64,000 nt of DNA. It comes from Paramecium tetraurelia. Taxonomy: Eukaryota. The stretch lies in assembly GCA_000165425.1 (NCBI GenBank), contig CT868649.1, positions 558,001 to 622,000 of the forward strand, written 5' to 3'. A program made the position numbers and the translations under genes. The notes below the pieces were generated by a model. It had not been told where the DNA came from. It saw nothing but the letters and a program-made list of their open reading frames with translations, and did no database searches. Positions 50,544 through 64,000 of the stretch are shown piece by piece (positions within the stretch are counted from its first letter, which is position 1; each line of letters starts with the position of its first letter).

Positions 50544-51293
50544 ATGTAATAATCTGTAATTGATTCTAACATTATTTAATCTACAACTGTTAAAACAATA
50601 AAAGAACTCAAAAAATTGGGAGATTCGCGGGTTAACTTAGAAGGAGATGAGAATAATATAAACGATTCAACTTTGAGTGGTAAATAGACTCCTGGAGATG
50701 AAACCTCTAAAACGTAGCATACGAAAATTACCCTCAATAAAAAACCGAAGTTGGCATTCAAGCTTTAAACGTAGAATACAATTGGTTCTATGAAATAAAC
50801 AATTATTAAGACTTCTGATGATGTTGATGCATAAAACTATGGAATCAAGAGAGCGTCTCTCAGATAAGGATCAATGAAACCTTAAAGGCCTCAACCTTAA
50901 CTACAGTTAGAATAAAACGACCCTGTTGATATGAATAATGCACTTAATTTAATTTTAAATAAATGCAAAACTATAAAAGAAGAATTTGAGTAGTTATAAC
51001 TTACTAACACATTGATCAACAAATTTATAAAAAATGACAAGCACTTCCATTTTTCATTTTAAGCATTTCTAGATAATTTGGTTTCACAGGGAAAATTAGC
51101 ACAGACATTGACCAATATACAAAAACCAGTTTTACAAAGGATAGAACAATTTACAATAAATCATGTTAAGAAGTGCATGTAAAAAAATTAAATTTCTCAA
51201 TAATATGAAGAAAAAGCTCGGCAAGTTGACCTGCTTTTCAATCGATATTACAAGGAGTTATCAAATATTGAATAAAATATCAAATATTTCTGA
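50544..51293 (+). CDS. Hypothetical protein (249 aa)
   Basis: Uninterrupted 750-nt frame MQQSVIDSNII..NIKYF-TGA. Confidence 0.75.
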
Positions 51294-51865
51294 TCTAATT
51301 GATTAAATCTGTATTTTAGGATTTTAAGAATTTTAACATTCCTTTTAAAATAATTTACTTGTTTTCATCTATTCTTTTGATTCTAAATTTTAGATTTTCT
51401 ATTTTGAAAAATTATTCATAAGTTAAAATGTTATTTAGTACATTAAAAACGAGGAAATGTCAATGTTGAAGGAAAGATAGAATACAGTATTAGGAAATTT
51501 CAATTTGAATTATTAGTAAATAACTAATAAAAGCATTCTTGTGTGTATTACTTGAAATAATATTGATACGTGTTATATTAAATTATATTTATATCAAAAA
51601 TAAAAACGAAAAAAATTAAAATTTAGATATGATTGTTTAAAATCCTTCGAAGTTTTTTAAAATTAATTGTCGAATTCTCCTACCTGATGTAAAGTCTTTG
51701 AGATTGAATCAACAGAGTGAAGAAAATTAATGATTAATTGGACTTACCAAATATATTTCTAGAACTTTAGTGGTAAAACAAGGATAATAATTATATTAAG
51801 ATCAAAAATGGTTGAAAGATTTATATATAACAAAATATTAAGAAAGATCATTCTTTGTTTTAGGT

Positions 51866-52063
51866 TCACTTATTTCTTTGAACGTAAGATGTAGTTTGTA
51901 AAGGGCTAACGATGGATTTTTATGAAGCTCTTCTCTAGAAAATTGGATTCTTTTTAATCACATATGGACTTTCTTCTTGGCTTTAAAATTAGATTTGAAT
52001 CTAAGTGCGAGCAGATTAAGGAAGTTAAGATTTTGAAGTAGGTTTAGAAGTAATGCACCCCAT
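51866..52063 (-). CDS. Small hypothetical protein (65 aa) with MGC lipidation motif
   Basis: MGCITSKPTSKSQ..KKNPIFQRRASQKS..RNK-TGA. Confidence 0.68.
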
Positions 52064-52199
52064 TTATTTATTTTAAATATTTATTTAAAACTACATTATT
52101 CATGCTTATATACTTGAACATATTCATAAATATAATAATAAATGAATTGTTTGGTAGGAAAAAAGAGAATGGTTAATAAGTAGTGGTTTAAATATATAT

Positions 52200-52537
52200 T
52201 GAAATACAGACATCAAATTTGTGAGATTCACTAACTCTCTTACAAACTTTTGGCTGAATATTCTGTTTGTTCCATCTCTTCATCAGGAGTTTCATATAAA
52301 TTTAAATTTTTAATAGCGAAACTGTTCTTCCTATAAACAGTTTATATTGGTGAGTCACTTTCAATTTGTTGCATTATTTCATCAAATTCAAATTTTGATT
52401 TACTGTATTGTGAAGTTGAATTCATTTAGTAATTTGTAAATTTATTATTATTATCAAGGATTTTGAGGATAGCTTTATAATGTCTGAAATATCTTTGTAT
52501 TTAATTATATATTATTTTACATATTATAATATGTCAT
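52200..52537 (-). CDS. Possible small protein or gene remnant; stop codon not resolved
   Basis: Coding-like frame ..FEFDEIMQQIESDSPIQTVYRKNSFAI..ETPDEEMDK.. after a plausible 28-nt intron. Confidence 0.35.
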
Positions 52538-52594
52538 ATATTTCTGATAATGAAATAACTATTATAGATTAAAGAGAAATAATAATAAAATATA

Positions 52595-54098
52595 TCAATT
52601 AAGAAAATTATAACCAATTGTCTTGAAATCTTGAATAGGGTTTTTATAATTGTAAAGGATCGATTTATAGAACAACTAGTTATACTTAATTGCTAAGTCT
52701 TGGTTTTCAAATTCTTGTAGTTATTATTCTGATTGAAGTGGCATGACGAATAGGTCTTAAAGATTAGCATCAAGAGTGGAAACTCTGGCTTTCTCCTTTT
52801 ATTATTATTGGATTGGACTTTTATTGTGTTGGGAATATCTAGAAAATTTGGAAGGTTCGTAACTAATCGAATATCCGACTTTCACACTTTCTTTACTCTT
52901 TTTTTCATCACTCAGACTATTTTATTATTGACCATCATCACTCGAATGATTACAACTTTTGTCTTGAGATTCAGGTTACACAAAAGTTTTATATTACTTT
53001 TTAAGAGGTGTTTGATGTTGTTAAATGAGAATTTACGATGATTCCTAAGAATTGTTATTTTAGGTTTTTCGGAATTATGATTTAGATTTGCTAAACACCT
53101 TAGCCGATTTGGATGTTTTAATGGTTTTATTCGAATTCATCTTATGATTTGATTTTGCTCTTTGATTCCAGTCAAAAGGCATGTTTGGATCTACTTTAGC
53201 AACTGTAAATAACTCTTTTAATTATGAATAATAGGGTTTCGTTTTAGCAGACAGCCCTTTTACATATTTCATATATCTATACTAATAATAAGATTAGGGG
53301 TTTTACTTAAGGATTGGATTTGGTAAGTTTTCACATAATTCTTCAGGAGACATGTCTTTTTTCAAAAGTCCTATTTTTTCGATTCTTTCTTTGTCGTCCT
53401 TACCAACATTCGTCCAAGGTAAGCTTCCATTTAGGAAATAAATTATGATATAACCTAAGGACTCCAAATCATCTTTTTTATTTTATTCTTTTCCAAGATG
53501 TGCAGCTAAACTTGCATATCTAGTAGTTCCAATAAATGAAATATTCTCTTTTGTTTTTTTATTGGATTCGAGATTCTTGGCAATTCCGAAATCAATCAAA
53601 TAAATTTTATCTTATTGTGATGCTCCAACTATATTTTCAGGTTTGAGATCCCTATGTATGATATTTCTTGAAATTTTCAGAAATCAATTACTTATTATGA
53701 ATTTATTCCAGAATTCCAATCATCTAATAGGCAATGTTGCAAACACATTCATATGAAAATTTCTTCAATTTTTTTTAATAATGAATCAAATCCTTTCCTA
53801 AAAGATTTTGGATCATGATTCTCATGCCTTTTTCTGATCCTGACCAAATAACCCTTGGTATGCATGGAACCCCTTCTAATAACTTCAAAATCTCAATCTA
53901 AAACACATTTATTGTTAAACATACTTCTCTGATTAAACTATTGAAATACGAGACCTCTGTCTTTTCAACTTTAATTGCTACATTCATGTTTTTAGTTTAA
54001 GATTTTCCCAAATATACTTTTCCAAATGATCCCTGTGCCAACATGGTAACAATTTAATATTCTTCAGCTATCACATCGCCTGCTTAAAAGTCTTACAT
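52595..54098 (-). CDS. Casein kinase 1 family Ser/Thr kinase
   Basis: QGSFGKVY, VAIKVE, HRDLKPEN, DFGIAK, IGTTRYASLAAHLGKEQ..KDDLESLGY..LPW. Confidence 0.93.
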
Positions 54099-54580
54099 CG
54101 ATTCTTTTTATAATAATATATAATTGATTTTTTTTGTATTACAATTGTGTAAATTTAAGAGTCTACACTATAATTTTATCAATGCTAATGACTTGAAACC
54201 AATAATGTATTATGTAATAGTCAAAATAACAGTGTTCTAACCATAAAAAGTAAGGGTAGCTTTTGAGGGAAGAACAGAATATTTCCAATTTTAACTTTTT
54301 TATATTTAGGTATGTAAGCTCCATTTCTTTACTATGAAAATCTTTATTGTCAATAAATTAGATAAATTGGATTATTCTCATTCAGTTATAGGTAATATAC
54401 CAGCGGATTTATAATCATTCTAAAATTGTTATAGTGAAGGAGTATTAGAAGAAATTGTATAGTAGAGAAATTAGTTTAATAGTGGAAATAGAAGTGTCAA
54501 GTTCAAGAACTTAAAAGATAATTTTAAATGCAGGTTATTTATTTTATGTAATTTTTTAGAGTTAGAATATTAATTAAATT

Positions 54581-55597
54581 ATGGCAAAAAACAAAAGCAA
54601 GGCTGTGCATGCTATCAAAATCAAGCATAATGCTCCTTTCAGTTAAAAGATTAAAAAGAAGGAGTAGAAAGGATAAAAGTAAAGGAGAGTAGGAGGATTT
54701 AGATCATTGGCAAATTTTGATGTGAGTAGAATTAAGAATAAAGAAAAAAGAATTTAAATCTTAGAAAGAAAATAGAATGAATAGAAAAAAACTAAAAAAA
54801 TGGAAAGAAAAGAAAAAGATGCAAATCCTGATAGAGAAAAATTGGGTCCATTGACAATTGATGATAAAAGAGAAATTGATGAGAATTTTGTTTTTGATGA
54901 AGATGATTAAGAAGAATTACAAAATGAAGAATTAATTGATGAATTCTAAAATTATTTTTAAGAAGGTTAAGATCCCAAAATTATTATTACTACTAGTGAA
55001 AGACCTTCTAGATAATTATTCGATTTTTTAAAGGATGTTAAAGATGTTTTTGGACCAGAAACACATTATTGGCCTCGTAAACAATTTTCACTCAAAGAAA
55101 TATAAGAGTATTCCATTAACAAAGGATATACAGAGCTGTTAGTATTTAGAGAACATAGAAAGGAAGTTAGCTAATTAATTTATGTGCATTTACCAGCTGG
55201 ACCAACCTATAAGTTTAAATTGACTAATTATACACCCTGTGATGAAATCCATCATCATGGTAGATTCACTGATCACAATCCTGAGTTGATTCTCAATCAA
55301 TTCAACACTAAAGTAGGAAGAAGGGTAGGCAGGGGATTGGCTGCTCTCTTTCCTTCTAAACCTCAATTTAGAGGCAGAAGGGTTGTGACTTTCCATAATC
55401 AAAGAGATTTTATCTTCTTTAGACATCATAGATATATGTTTTAAGAGGAAGGATAAAAAGTGGCCTTATAAGAATTAGGCCCTAGATTCACACTTTAATT
55501 GAAATAACTGAAAATGGGTTTATTTAATGATGATGGAGAAATAGAATTTGAAGCAAGAGATGATTACTATGTAAAAAGAACTGCTGCTTTTTTATGA
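54581..55597 (+). CDS. RPF1: Brix-domain 60S biogenesis protein Rpf1
   Basis: PKIIITTS, HLPAGPT, PELILNQFNTKVGRRVGR, RRVVTFHNQRDFIFFRHHRY, QELGPRFTL. Confidence 0.92.
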
Positions 55598-55624
55598 TAT
55601 TTATTCATTTCTTTAATTTATTAA

Positions 55625-56877
55625 TCAATCTTAATCCTACAACAGAACTTACCCAAATTCTTCTACTGTAAACTATATTATTCCAATCTACCCTTTTGTG
55701 TCTTTCATTATTAAATCATATTGTCCAATAAATTCCAAATACTCAATTTCATATTTCAAATCTACTATCTATAAGATAGGAATTAGCATTGTGCATTTCA
55801 ATTAGGACGACTACAATAGTTAAAATATCTTAATATAAGCTCTATCTGCATTCTATTCTTTCTCTTAATCCAAACCTGCTGTTACTAGTATTTCATATTA
55901 AACTAAATACTCCTCTTGTTCCACATGATTTATTTTTTAATAGAAAAACTTTGACAATGCCATCGTGGTAATCACCATTTAGTCTAATATTTTGTATATA
56001 CTATTTTATGAATAAACAAAATGCTCATATCGTTTATATGCGAAAACCCAACAGTCTTTTCTCAGCTGATGCACTTTCATATTTCTAATGTCAGTCATTC
56101 TATCATCTAACTATTCTAAGTCTGTTGGTTAGGAATCCTTTACATCATGATACTTTAAAAATTCGTGCAGATCACCTTGCCTTACTTTATATACATTTCT
56201 TTATCCATGGAGATAATTACATGTTATTTTAAAAAATATCTAATCATAAACATTTAAAGCTATTCTTTTCAACAAAATACTTTAACTATGTAGTATACCA
56301 AGAGATAATTCATAAATCTCCAACTCATTTTTTTCATTCAAAATTATTAATTACTATTCATTTGTTATAGAAAAACTAATTATTATGTCTTTGAGTTTCA
56401 TTTCCAGTATTTATTTGAACTAGTTGTTTAAAAGCAGATAAAAATTCTAATTTATTTTGTGACTTATACAATACACAAAGGATGCTATACTATCAAAACT
56501 GATGACTTTTGCGGTTAATTAAGCTATGAAACTTTCTTAACACTTAAAGAAATTTTTTTCCCTCCCTTTTTTGTAATTTCTATGTCTTTATTATCAGCTG
56601 TTTGATCCTCAATCAAAAAATTATATATTATCACATCAATATCTGCATCAAATTTCCTATGTAATTAATAGCAGGATTTGCAAGTGTCTTATAATGAATA
56701 AACATTTTAAAATTGTTTTCTATATTCAATAAAATAATCAATTATTGTTTGATTATCAAAAACATACAAAGTGTTTTAAAATACCATAACTGTTTAATGC
56801 TCTATTACTTTGGCGAATAGACAAAATAAAGGTTTCTTTTCCTCGTCAATGTTTTTCAAAAATTTAATGAAAACCAT
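55625..56877 (-). CDS. Hypothetical protein
   Basis: MVFIKFLKNIDEEKKPLF.. long frame under code 6; ends ..QVLLQDQD-TGA. Confidence 0.65.
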
Positions 56878-56918
56878 TTATGTAATTTAAATTTAATAAT
56901 TATTATTTTATACATTAA

Positions 56919-59900
56919 TCAATTATCTGATTAGTATTAATATTCTTAATCATTATTCTCTTGTAGTATAGGATCTTATGTTTCCTTAGGTTTTGGGTTT
57001 TATTTATATTTATTTGTTCTTTCTATAATATAATTAAATTAATATTACTAGTAAATATGGGCTATCTGCTTGATTCAACAACTCTATGTTCTTTCCATTG
57101 AGTAACATCTTCATCTAATTTCTGGGAAGCCTCTAATAATGGTAAAAGTAATAATTTACCTTATTTTCTAACTTTTGTCGGTTTTTTCTTTGCTTCAATT
57201 TCCATTAAGTACCTAAATCTTAGTTCAATTCCAGTTTTATCATTAGGTAATGCCAAATAAGTTATTAATGCATCAAGTGTCTATTCATTATAGTTTAAAC
57301 CAATTATTTTATCAGTCCCTATAATGTCGTTCAATGCTTGGTAATTATCTAATATTAAAGCTTCTTTTTCCATTTTTTTCTTTTCTTCCAATTCCTTTTT
57401 AGCTACTTCAAGCCTTTTCTCTTATTCATTTTGAACTTCCTTAATTCTATTGAGCATGAACTCTTTTGTCTGTTGAGTACGCTTTACTGATTAAGGAGGT
57501 GACTCTAACATTTACACATCATCATCCTCTTATTTTTGAGCTTTAGGCCTTTTGATATTTTGAGCGAGTTTATTAAAGAATTAATATCCTTTTATGCTGA
57601 TTCTAAAAAGAGCCTCTAAAAATTCTACATAATCTAAGGATGCTTGAATATCATTCTATCTATAAGTGATAGCATTGAAGACACGAATGAACTCAACTTA
57701 TGTTATTATATCTGGGTACATTCTAAATCTATCTCCAAACCACATCCACAATTTTAAAGGTATTTCCTTAAAATCCACCATTTCAATTGATTTATAGTAT
57801 TCTAGTTACAATAGTTCATAGAGATAACTTAATTTAAAGTTACAGGTAGTGAAAATATTTTGGTAGATCTGATTTCTAAATAATTTTTAAATAAACTCAC
57901 TCGTAGCTTTCTCCTTAATTTTTATTTGTTCTCCTTTTTTTTCAATACTTTTATATATTGCTTCGTGCATTCTTTGATATTCTGTCTCTTAGATTTTTCT
58001 TTCCTCCACAGCCATTTTGAGTTTCGATTATTCTGCTTTAAATATTTCTCCATATTATTCAATTTTTTTATCATTGAATTATTTAAATTCTTCTTTTTTC
58101 TTTTAAATTTCCTCTGCTCTTTGTTTTTTTTCTAAAACTTCACGTTTCAATCTTTCTTGTTCTTCCTCTTTCTGTTTTTATGCTATCTTTTCTTTTTATG
58201 ATTTTAAATATGTTTCCTACTCCTTTTATTTTTCTTCCTATTTAATTTTCTTAAGATCCCTTTTAATAGCATTCTATATCTCCTCTACTTTTTGTTTTTC
58301 TAATTTATCTTTTTTCATTTATTCTAATCTAACTTTAGTTTCTTCATGATTTTTTTGGATTTTTTCATCTCTTTTTTTATTCTCTAATTCTTCCTTCTTT
58401 TTTTCATCTTATTTATCTTTCTATACCTTATTTACAATATTCCATTTTCTTGTAATTGTTTTTTAATTATTTTCAACAGCAAAAATTATATCTTCCAAAA
58501 CATCAGCAGCCTATTCCATGATACTTCTTTGCTTTCCCTAATTGAAAGGTATCTTAGCGAGTTCTAGTTTAATACCTAAACTATATTATCTAAATGGTTC
58601 AATCTCTAAATTTCTTTTAGGTATCAAAGGCAAAACAGGTTCTGATTAAGCTCCTATTACAGATTTCTTAAGTAGCTTATTCTTTTATTCCATATAGTGA
58701 TCTTTTTCTAAATTTTATTTTACTTTAGATTCAACATATCCTAACAGATTAGGCTTACAAATTATTTAAAATTCCTTAGCTGTTAATGGTTCAATTATAT
58801 GGCATTTACATACATTATAAACAATTTCATCTAAAATTTGATAAGCAAAAGTGTTCCCATCTTAAATTTCAAAAACATGATAAAATTTAACTACTTCTTC
58901 TTTCTAACTCTTGTATCCTTCAGGTAGCACATACTTTGGATCTTCAGCCAATTTTTTATTGAATTCTTTTATAACTTCCTTTTAAGCAAAATACATGTTA
59001 TCAGGATCATCATATAATTAAGTATTCTAACCTTTATTTGCAGTTACTTATTACATTTTTTAAAGCATCAATTCAATACAAAAATGAGGCTAAACATATT
59101 TATTCATTTTAGTAAATATTATACAAGCATACTATGTAATAATATGTTTAAACCCTTCATAATTAAAATTTGTCAGCTCGTTTTTACATTTCAATAATTA
59201 TATAGCAATAGATCTCAGCAATGCTCTCACTTATTCTTTTGAAACATTAAAAATTAGTTCATAATCTTTCAGAAATGCCCAAAACTCTGCTTCATTAATT
59301 GTATCCGATTGATCTTTCAATTCATCAAAATCTTTGGGTTTTCCAACCTTACTACCTGAATTTGCATACTTAAAAAACGCATATTTAAATATTTTATGAT
59401 ATCTTCTAAATAATTATTCTACTAAATATCTTTCTCTATCTTCTTCAAATTAAAGATCCCATATTTCATACTCTGTTAATCCATGTTTATTAAGAGAGGT
59501 GGTATTTTTAGACCCATCTCTAAAGATTAAATTTGTTTCTCTATCTTTAATAATGGACACTCCTTATTCAACAGATCTTTTTTCTAATTATTTACGAAGA
59601 TTATTTTTCTATTTTTATTGAGCCTCCTTGTATTGTTCTACTTTTCTGGCTTCTTGCATTGCTTTCTCATCAGATTACTTTTTGATTGTCTCAAGTTTCT
59701 CCAATACTTTTGGATCTGCCCTTGTAGTTTTTAACGAAGCTAATGTATATTATTCTTCTTTAGATAATTTTATTGACCCTATAGATTTTTAATTATGCGA
59801 ATTAAATTAATCTTCCTCGTCAATACATCCTTACATTTGATTTATCTATTATTCTCTATATTCTATTTCATACTATTCTATAATTCTTTCAGCATTTCCA

Positions 59901-61960
59901 AAAAGTTCCAATATAGCCATAAGTCCTTTTGAATTTCTTTTATTGAATTATTTGACCTAAATATTTGTATGAGCAACCAATGGTTTAATTTTCTCATTCA
60001 TTTAATGCTATTAAAATTAAACAATAGTCTTTATTATCTGTATTATTTAATTTCTCTTTTAAGCATGTATTTAGTCTTTACCTTGTTTTTTTTTCTCAGA
60101 TGCAAAGAAAATAGCCAAAGCAATTTTGATAAATTTTAGTATAAACTCCTGCATTGTTTAATTTTCAACATTTTTAGATAAAATATTTAAAATTATTTCA
60201 AAGGCTATACTTTAATAGACTAAATTATTAAGAAATATTTTGGCTAAAAAGTCAAGGAGCTAAATTGCATTCTTAATGCCCATGTTCAAATTTGATATAA
60301 ACATGAAGAAGTGCATATCAAATATATTCAGAATATAAGTGACTCCTTCTGATGTTTATAGTTATTTTATTAAATTCTCTAAGACTAAATTTATTGAAAT
60401 AGCTTCGATTGTTTAAAATATTTGGATAAAATTATTTAAAATGAATTCTCTTATTTATTAATTATCATGATTCTCTACCAAAGCTATTGTTAAACTAAAA
60501 TATTTTTTATTTAAATACTTTTTGTATATTGTTGGAGCGAGATTACTCTTTTGTTTACTAATTGAAATCAACAATTTAAATAAATGACTTAAACAAAGAA
60601 GCGAAAGTGATTGTGATTTATCCCTAGTTCCTTTTTTTAATAATGTAATGATAGTATTAATTAGAGATTCATCTAATTCTGTATTAACTAACAAGACTTC
60701 TGACAAAAAATTAAGTGATGAGATTCTAGTATCAATTGTATTTTTAAACTCATTTTCTGCAATCCCAATAGCTTAAGTAACCCAATCATTCAAAATTCCT
60801 GTTGATACTAATTCTTGATTCTCACTTAAAGGTATAAAAATTAATTCTATTGCATTTATAAAGTCCTTTGTGTCTGATAACACTTGCCTAATTCCAGTTG
60901 TAAAAACTTCAACAAAATTGTTTCGACCAAATTGGAGAATCAATTCTACCTAAAATTGTACTAGTTCAGGATGTCTTCTAGCTCCCATCAATGCTGTATA
61001 TAACCCACCTTAATCCTCGAGAAACCATTCCCTAATTAATTAAACTGGAATAAGGGATCCTAACCTTGTAAATAGTCTAACTGCCTCATATACTACATCA
61101 TAAGATTTTGAGACCAATCCTGGCTTTAATGCCTAAATTAATCTCTTTAAAGAAATACTTGAAATGCAAAAATCATTGATTTCTTAGTAGCATCTTCATT
61201 AAATAATTTATTTAATTAATTTGAATTAGCATAGGTTTCCTTATAGAATGCTATTATCGGTTCAAATACTCCTTTAACACCCTTTGCTAATATATGAGCT
61301 AAATATTTATTATTATTTGTAAAAAGAGATGCTGCTTGTTTTATTGTCAGTTATAGATTCTTAGCTAAAGCGATTATAAAAAATTCCAAACAGTTTTAGG
61401 TCTTATTCAAGTCCTTTTTGGGATCTAATTTGGAGAGATCAACCTACTGGTTTGCTGCATTATTTATTAATGGTTACCTTATGAAATTTTATTAGTAGCC
61501 AAAATCTTGGTAGCTCCATCTAAACTTAATTGAGAATCATCAAGTAAATGAGACTTTTATTAACCTCTATAATTCTTATCGTAGATTTCCAAAAGTAATG
61601 AATGAATCATTTCTTTGTCCCCTCCTAATATTAATGCTTTTGTATCCTAATCTATCATGATATCCACCTTCTAGTATTCTTCACAAAGTATTTTCCAGTT
61701 ATATAGTATCGATGATTTTTGTTAATTGTCTTTAAGAGTATCTAATTTAGCTAAAGGAGTGGAAGGCCTTTTAAATCTTAATAAACCAACCTATTTCGTA
61801 ACTTCACTATTTCCTTTAACAATTAACCAAAAGCTATTCCATTTTCTAGTTATCCCAAAGTTGTCTTGTTAATCTCTACTTTATCTGCATACTTTTTTCC
61901 GTCTTATGGGAGTACTCTTAATTGGCAAAGCCAATTATATAAATTTTCTTAAATTTACAT
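56919..61960 (-). CDS. Large protein (about 1600 aa): N-terminal calponin-homology-like domain, helical repeat region, coiled coils
   Basis: LYNWLCQL..LENGIAFGQLL..LYNWKIL..DTKALILGGD..HSLLLEIY resembles a CH domain; long continuous frame with tiny introns. Confidence 0.8.
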
Positions 61961-62398
61961 CTTTAAAAATTATATATGATTTTAAAAAATCACATGAAAT
62001 AAAGAGAAATCAATTTAAGTAAATTGAATTTAATTATTAATCCAAATTGCTAAATTTTTGAAATCCCCAGTTCAGGATTATTTTTTCTATTGACAGTCAA
62101 TTTAAAGAAGAATAATTAACTTTATGTCTTAAATTGTTATAGAAATTAAAAAGTAATCGCAAAACATTATTTAGCGAGAATTTGAAACTATAATAATTTA
62201 AATACACTTAATAAATGGAAAGATTCCGATATGAATATTAAAGAGCATTAATTCCTTAATACAAAGCAAATTATTTTCATAATTAAAATCTAAAAATAAA
62301 TTGAAATAAATTAATACTAATTTTGAAGTTATTGATATGTAGTTCAGGTAAAAACTTTAATATTATTGAATCAAATAATTCAAATATAAAACAACAAA

Positions 62399-62950
62399 TC
62401 ACTTTAAGGCAGGCCCACCTTATTAAAAATTAACATTTGATTGATATGGTGGTTGATATGCATTTGGTTGATTTTGAGAGGGAATCTAATACGGATTTTT
62501 CGCTTCTTCTGCATTCCATCCAAATTTCTTGCTCTAATGAATGACATTATACAATTTATACAAATAACTACAGCAATATATATATTAGAGCAACGACAAA
62601 CAATACAACAGCAGTTGCAATCTACAAAGGAGAAAAAGTTGATATCATTAAAGTGCCCAAACTTGATAAGTTATTCAGAATTACAAGAAACAATACAGTC
62701 CTCTTCCAAAGTAACTAGTCAGAAGTTTGAATTTTTAATGAACATATGCAAAACGGAACTCTGCCAAGATCAAAATAGTTCCCATCCATCTAACTCTAAA
62801 AGACAAATTTTACATATAATGAATTGTAAGGATAAATTGTTATGGATGTTCAATAGACAAATTTGTAAATCTTGATATTGCCAGAGCTACGATCAAACCT
62901 CCACAAATAAGTGTTAGGATTTTTGTTGCACAATGAATATCACATTTCAT
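62399..62950 (-). CDS. COPI-associated / Tvp15-like small membrane protein
   Basis: ILAEF..FKLLTSYFGRGLYCF-LGTL motif, 3-4 TM segments, three tiny introns, P/Q/Y-rich tail. Confidence 0.8.
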
Positions 62951-63431
62951 TGTTTTTTAATAATATAAATTTAAATAAATAATAGAGATTCCTGTCATTG
63001 TTAAAGTAATTAAGGATGAAATCAAATACATTGACCGATCTACTTTTATCTTCTGACAGTAAGGTCAAAATTGAAGATATTTTCCATAAAAGTATTTAGA
63101 GTTTAGAGATAACTTAAATAATTTTATGATCAAACCAAATCAATTATTTCAACCATTTAAATTTAATATATCTACTTATTCTCAATAAAATGTTCAGAAT
63201 TGAAAAATACTTACCTATTGCTAACAAAAATTTTAAAGATACAAATATTTTCCTTTTAATAGAATTGATTTTTTATATTGAAATAAAAAGAAATAAACTC
63301 TTATTTTCTAATATCAAACTTTTAGTTTAAATAATAATCAAACACTTCTGCTATTTAAACACATACTAAAAGATACATTTAGCTTTTATATAATTGAAAA
63401 TGAAGATATATATTTATATAATTGGTAATTG

Positions 63432-64000
63432 TCAATGTTATGTACTGGATTTAGATTTGAAAGTAGTTGATTTAAACAATTATTAGATAGCAGGTAGTGA
63501 TTCATAGAATTTTAATAATTCTTTTGGAGCTTTTGAATGTAATTCATTTAAATTTATCCAAATAGATTTTGGTTTGAATTTACTAGATTGTTTTATATTA
63601 ACCTATATATTATATAGAATAGAGATTGTACTTTTAATTATTATTATGAAATTCCTTTGATTTTAATAATTCTACCTAATTTTTAGAATGATTAAATTTA
63701 ATGTTCATTTTAAAAAGAACCTCCTTTTTTAGATTAAGGTTATTTCTTTTTTGATTTATTAATAGTTTTCTTATTAACAGTTTTTTTAACAACAATTACA
63801 TTGTCAGATGAATGTTATTCATCAAATTCATCAACAAGTAATTAACAATGTTATAAACTAGATAATGGTTCCCAAGTTAATTCTGAATATCCTTTCCATT
63901 TTACTAAATAATGAGATTCTTAATTTTCAATCTTTTTCATTATTATAGATTCAACTTCATATAAAGGTTATTCACATTCATCTATTTATTCATTTATTGA
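63432..64000 (-). CDS. HP1-like chromodomain + chromo-shadow protein; start codon lies beyond the window
   Basis: YEVESII..HYLVKWKGYSELTWEP..L..C..LVDEF; basic hinge; SIWINLNELHSKAPKELLKFYES. Confidence 0.88.

Noticed and set aside
7229..55597. Ribosome-biogenesis cluster (NOP53, U13-like, KRI1, RPF1)
   Set aside because: Dispersed among about 35 unrelated genes; compatible with chance
62441..62875. 144-aa plus-strand ORF in the track
   Set aside because: Antisense shadow of the minus-strand COPI-associated gene
1..64000. Selenoprotein/SECIS, telomeric repeats, transposons, consensus IESs, CRISPR
   Set aside because: No in-frame TGA at a redox motif, no G4T2/G3T3 arrays, no transposase ORF and no TAYAG-bounded insertion in a gene were seen by eye

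Overview
AT-rich, very gene-dense ciliate macronuclear DNA, most likely Paramecium (inference). TAA/TAG read as Gln, only TGA terminates, genes carry tiny (about 20-32 nt) GT-AG introns, and intergenic spacers are often under 50 bp. The supplied ORF track uses the standard code, so it fragments or misses most genes; I re-translated by hand with code 6, and boundaries are approximate. About 40 protein genes are supported, including MBOAT, WD40, Amt, NOP53, NAA50, NAA35, COMMD, Rab, KRI1, SET2-like/PHD, UMP-CMP kinase, CRAL-TRIO, TVP23, CDPK plus a pseudokinase, DNAJC7, ERK7-like MAPK, INPP5, a CNBD channel, citrate synthase, a divergent ADP/ATP carrier, CK1, RPF1, a TVP15-like protein and an HP1-like protein. 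Two RNA genes are present: U4 snRNA (31308-31444, -) and a ~110-nt box C/D RNA (14043-14153, -) with the bipartite 18S helix-45 antisense design of U13/SNORD13/snR45, the guide for rRNA cytidine acetylation (ac4C). Both share a three-block upstream promoter with identical internal spacing. Other highlights are an Amt with almost all key transport residues replaced, KRI1 with an inserted ZZ finger, and a SET-PHD-KH gene with a GC donor and frameshifts. No transposons, telomeric arrays, tRNA or rRNA genes were seen.
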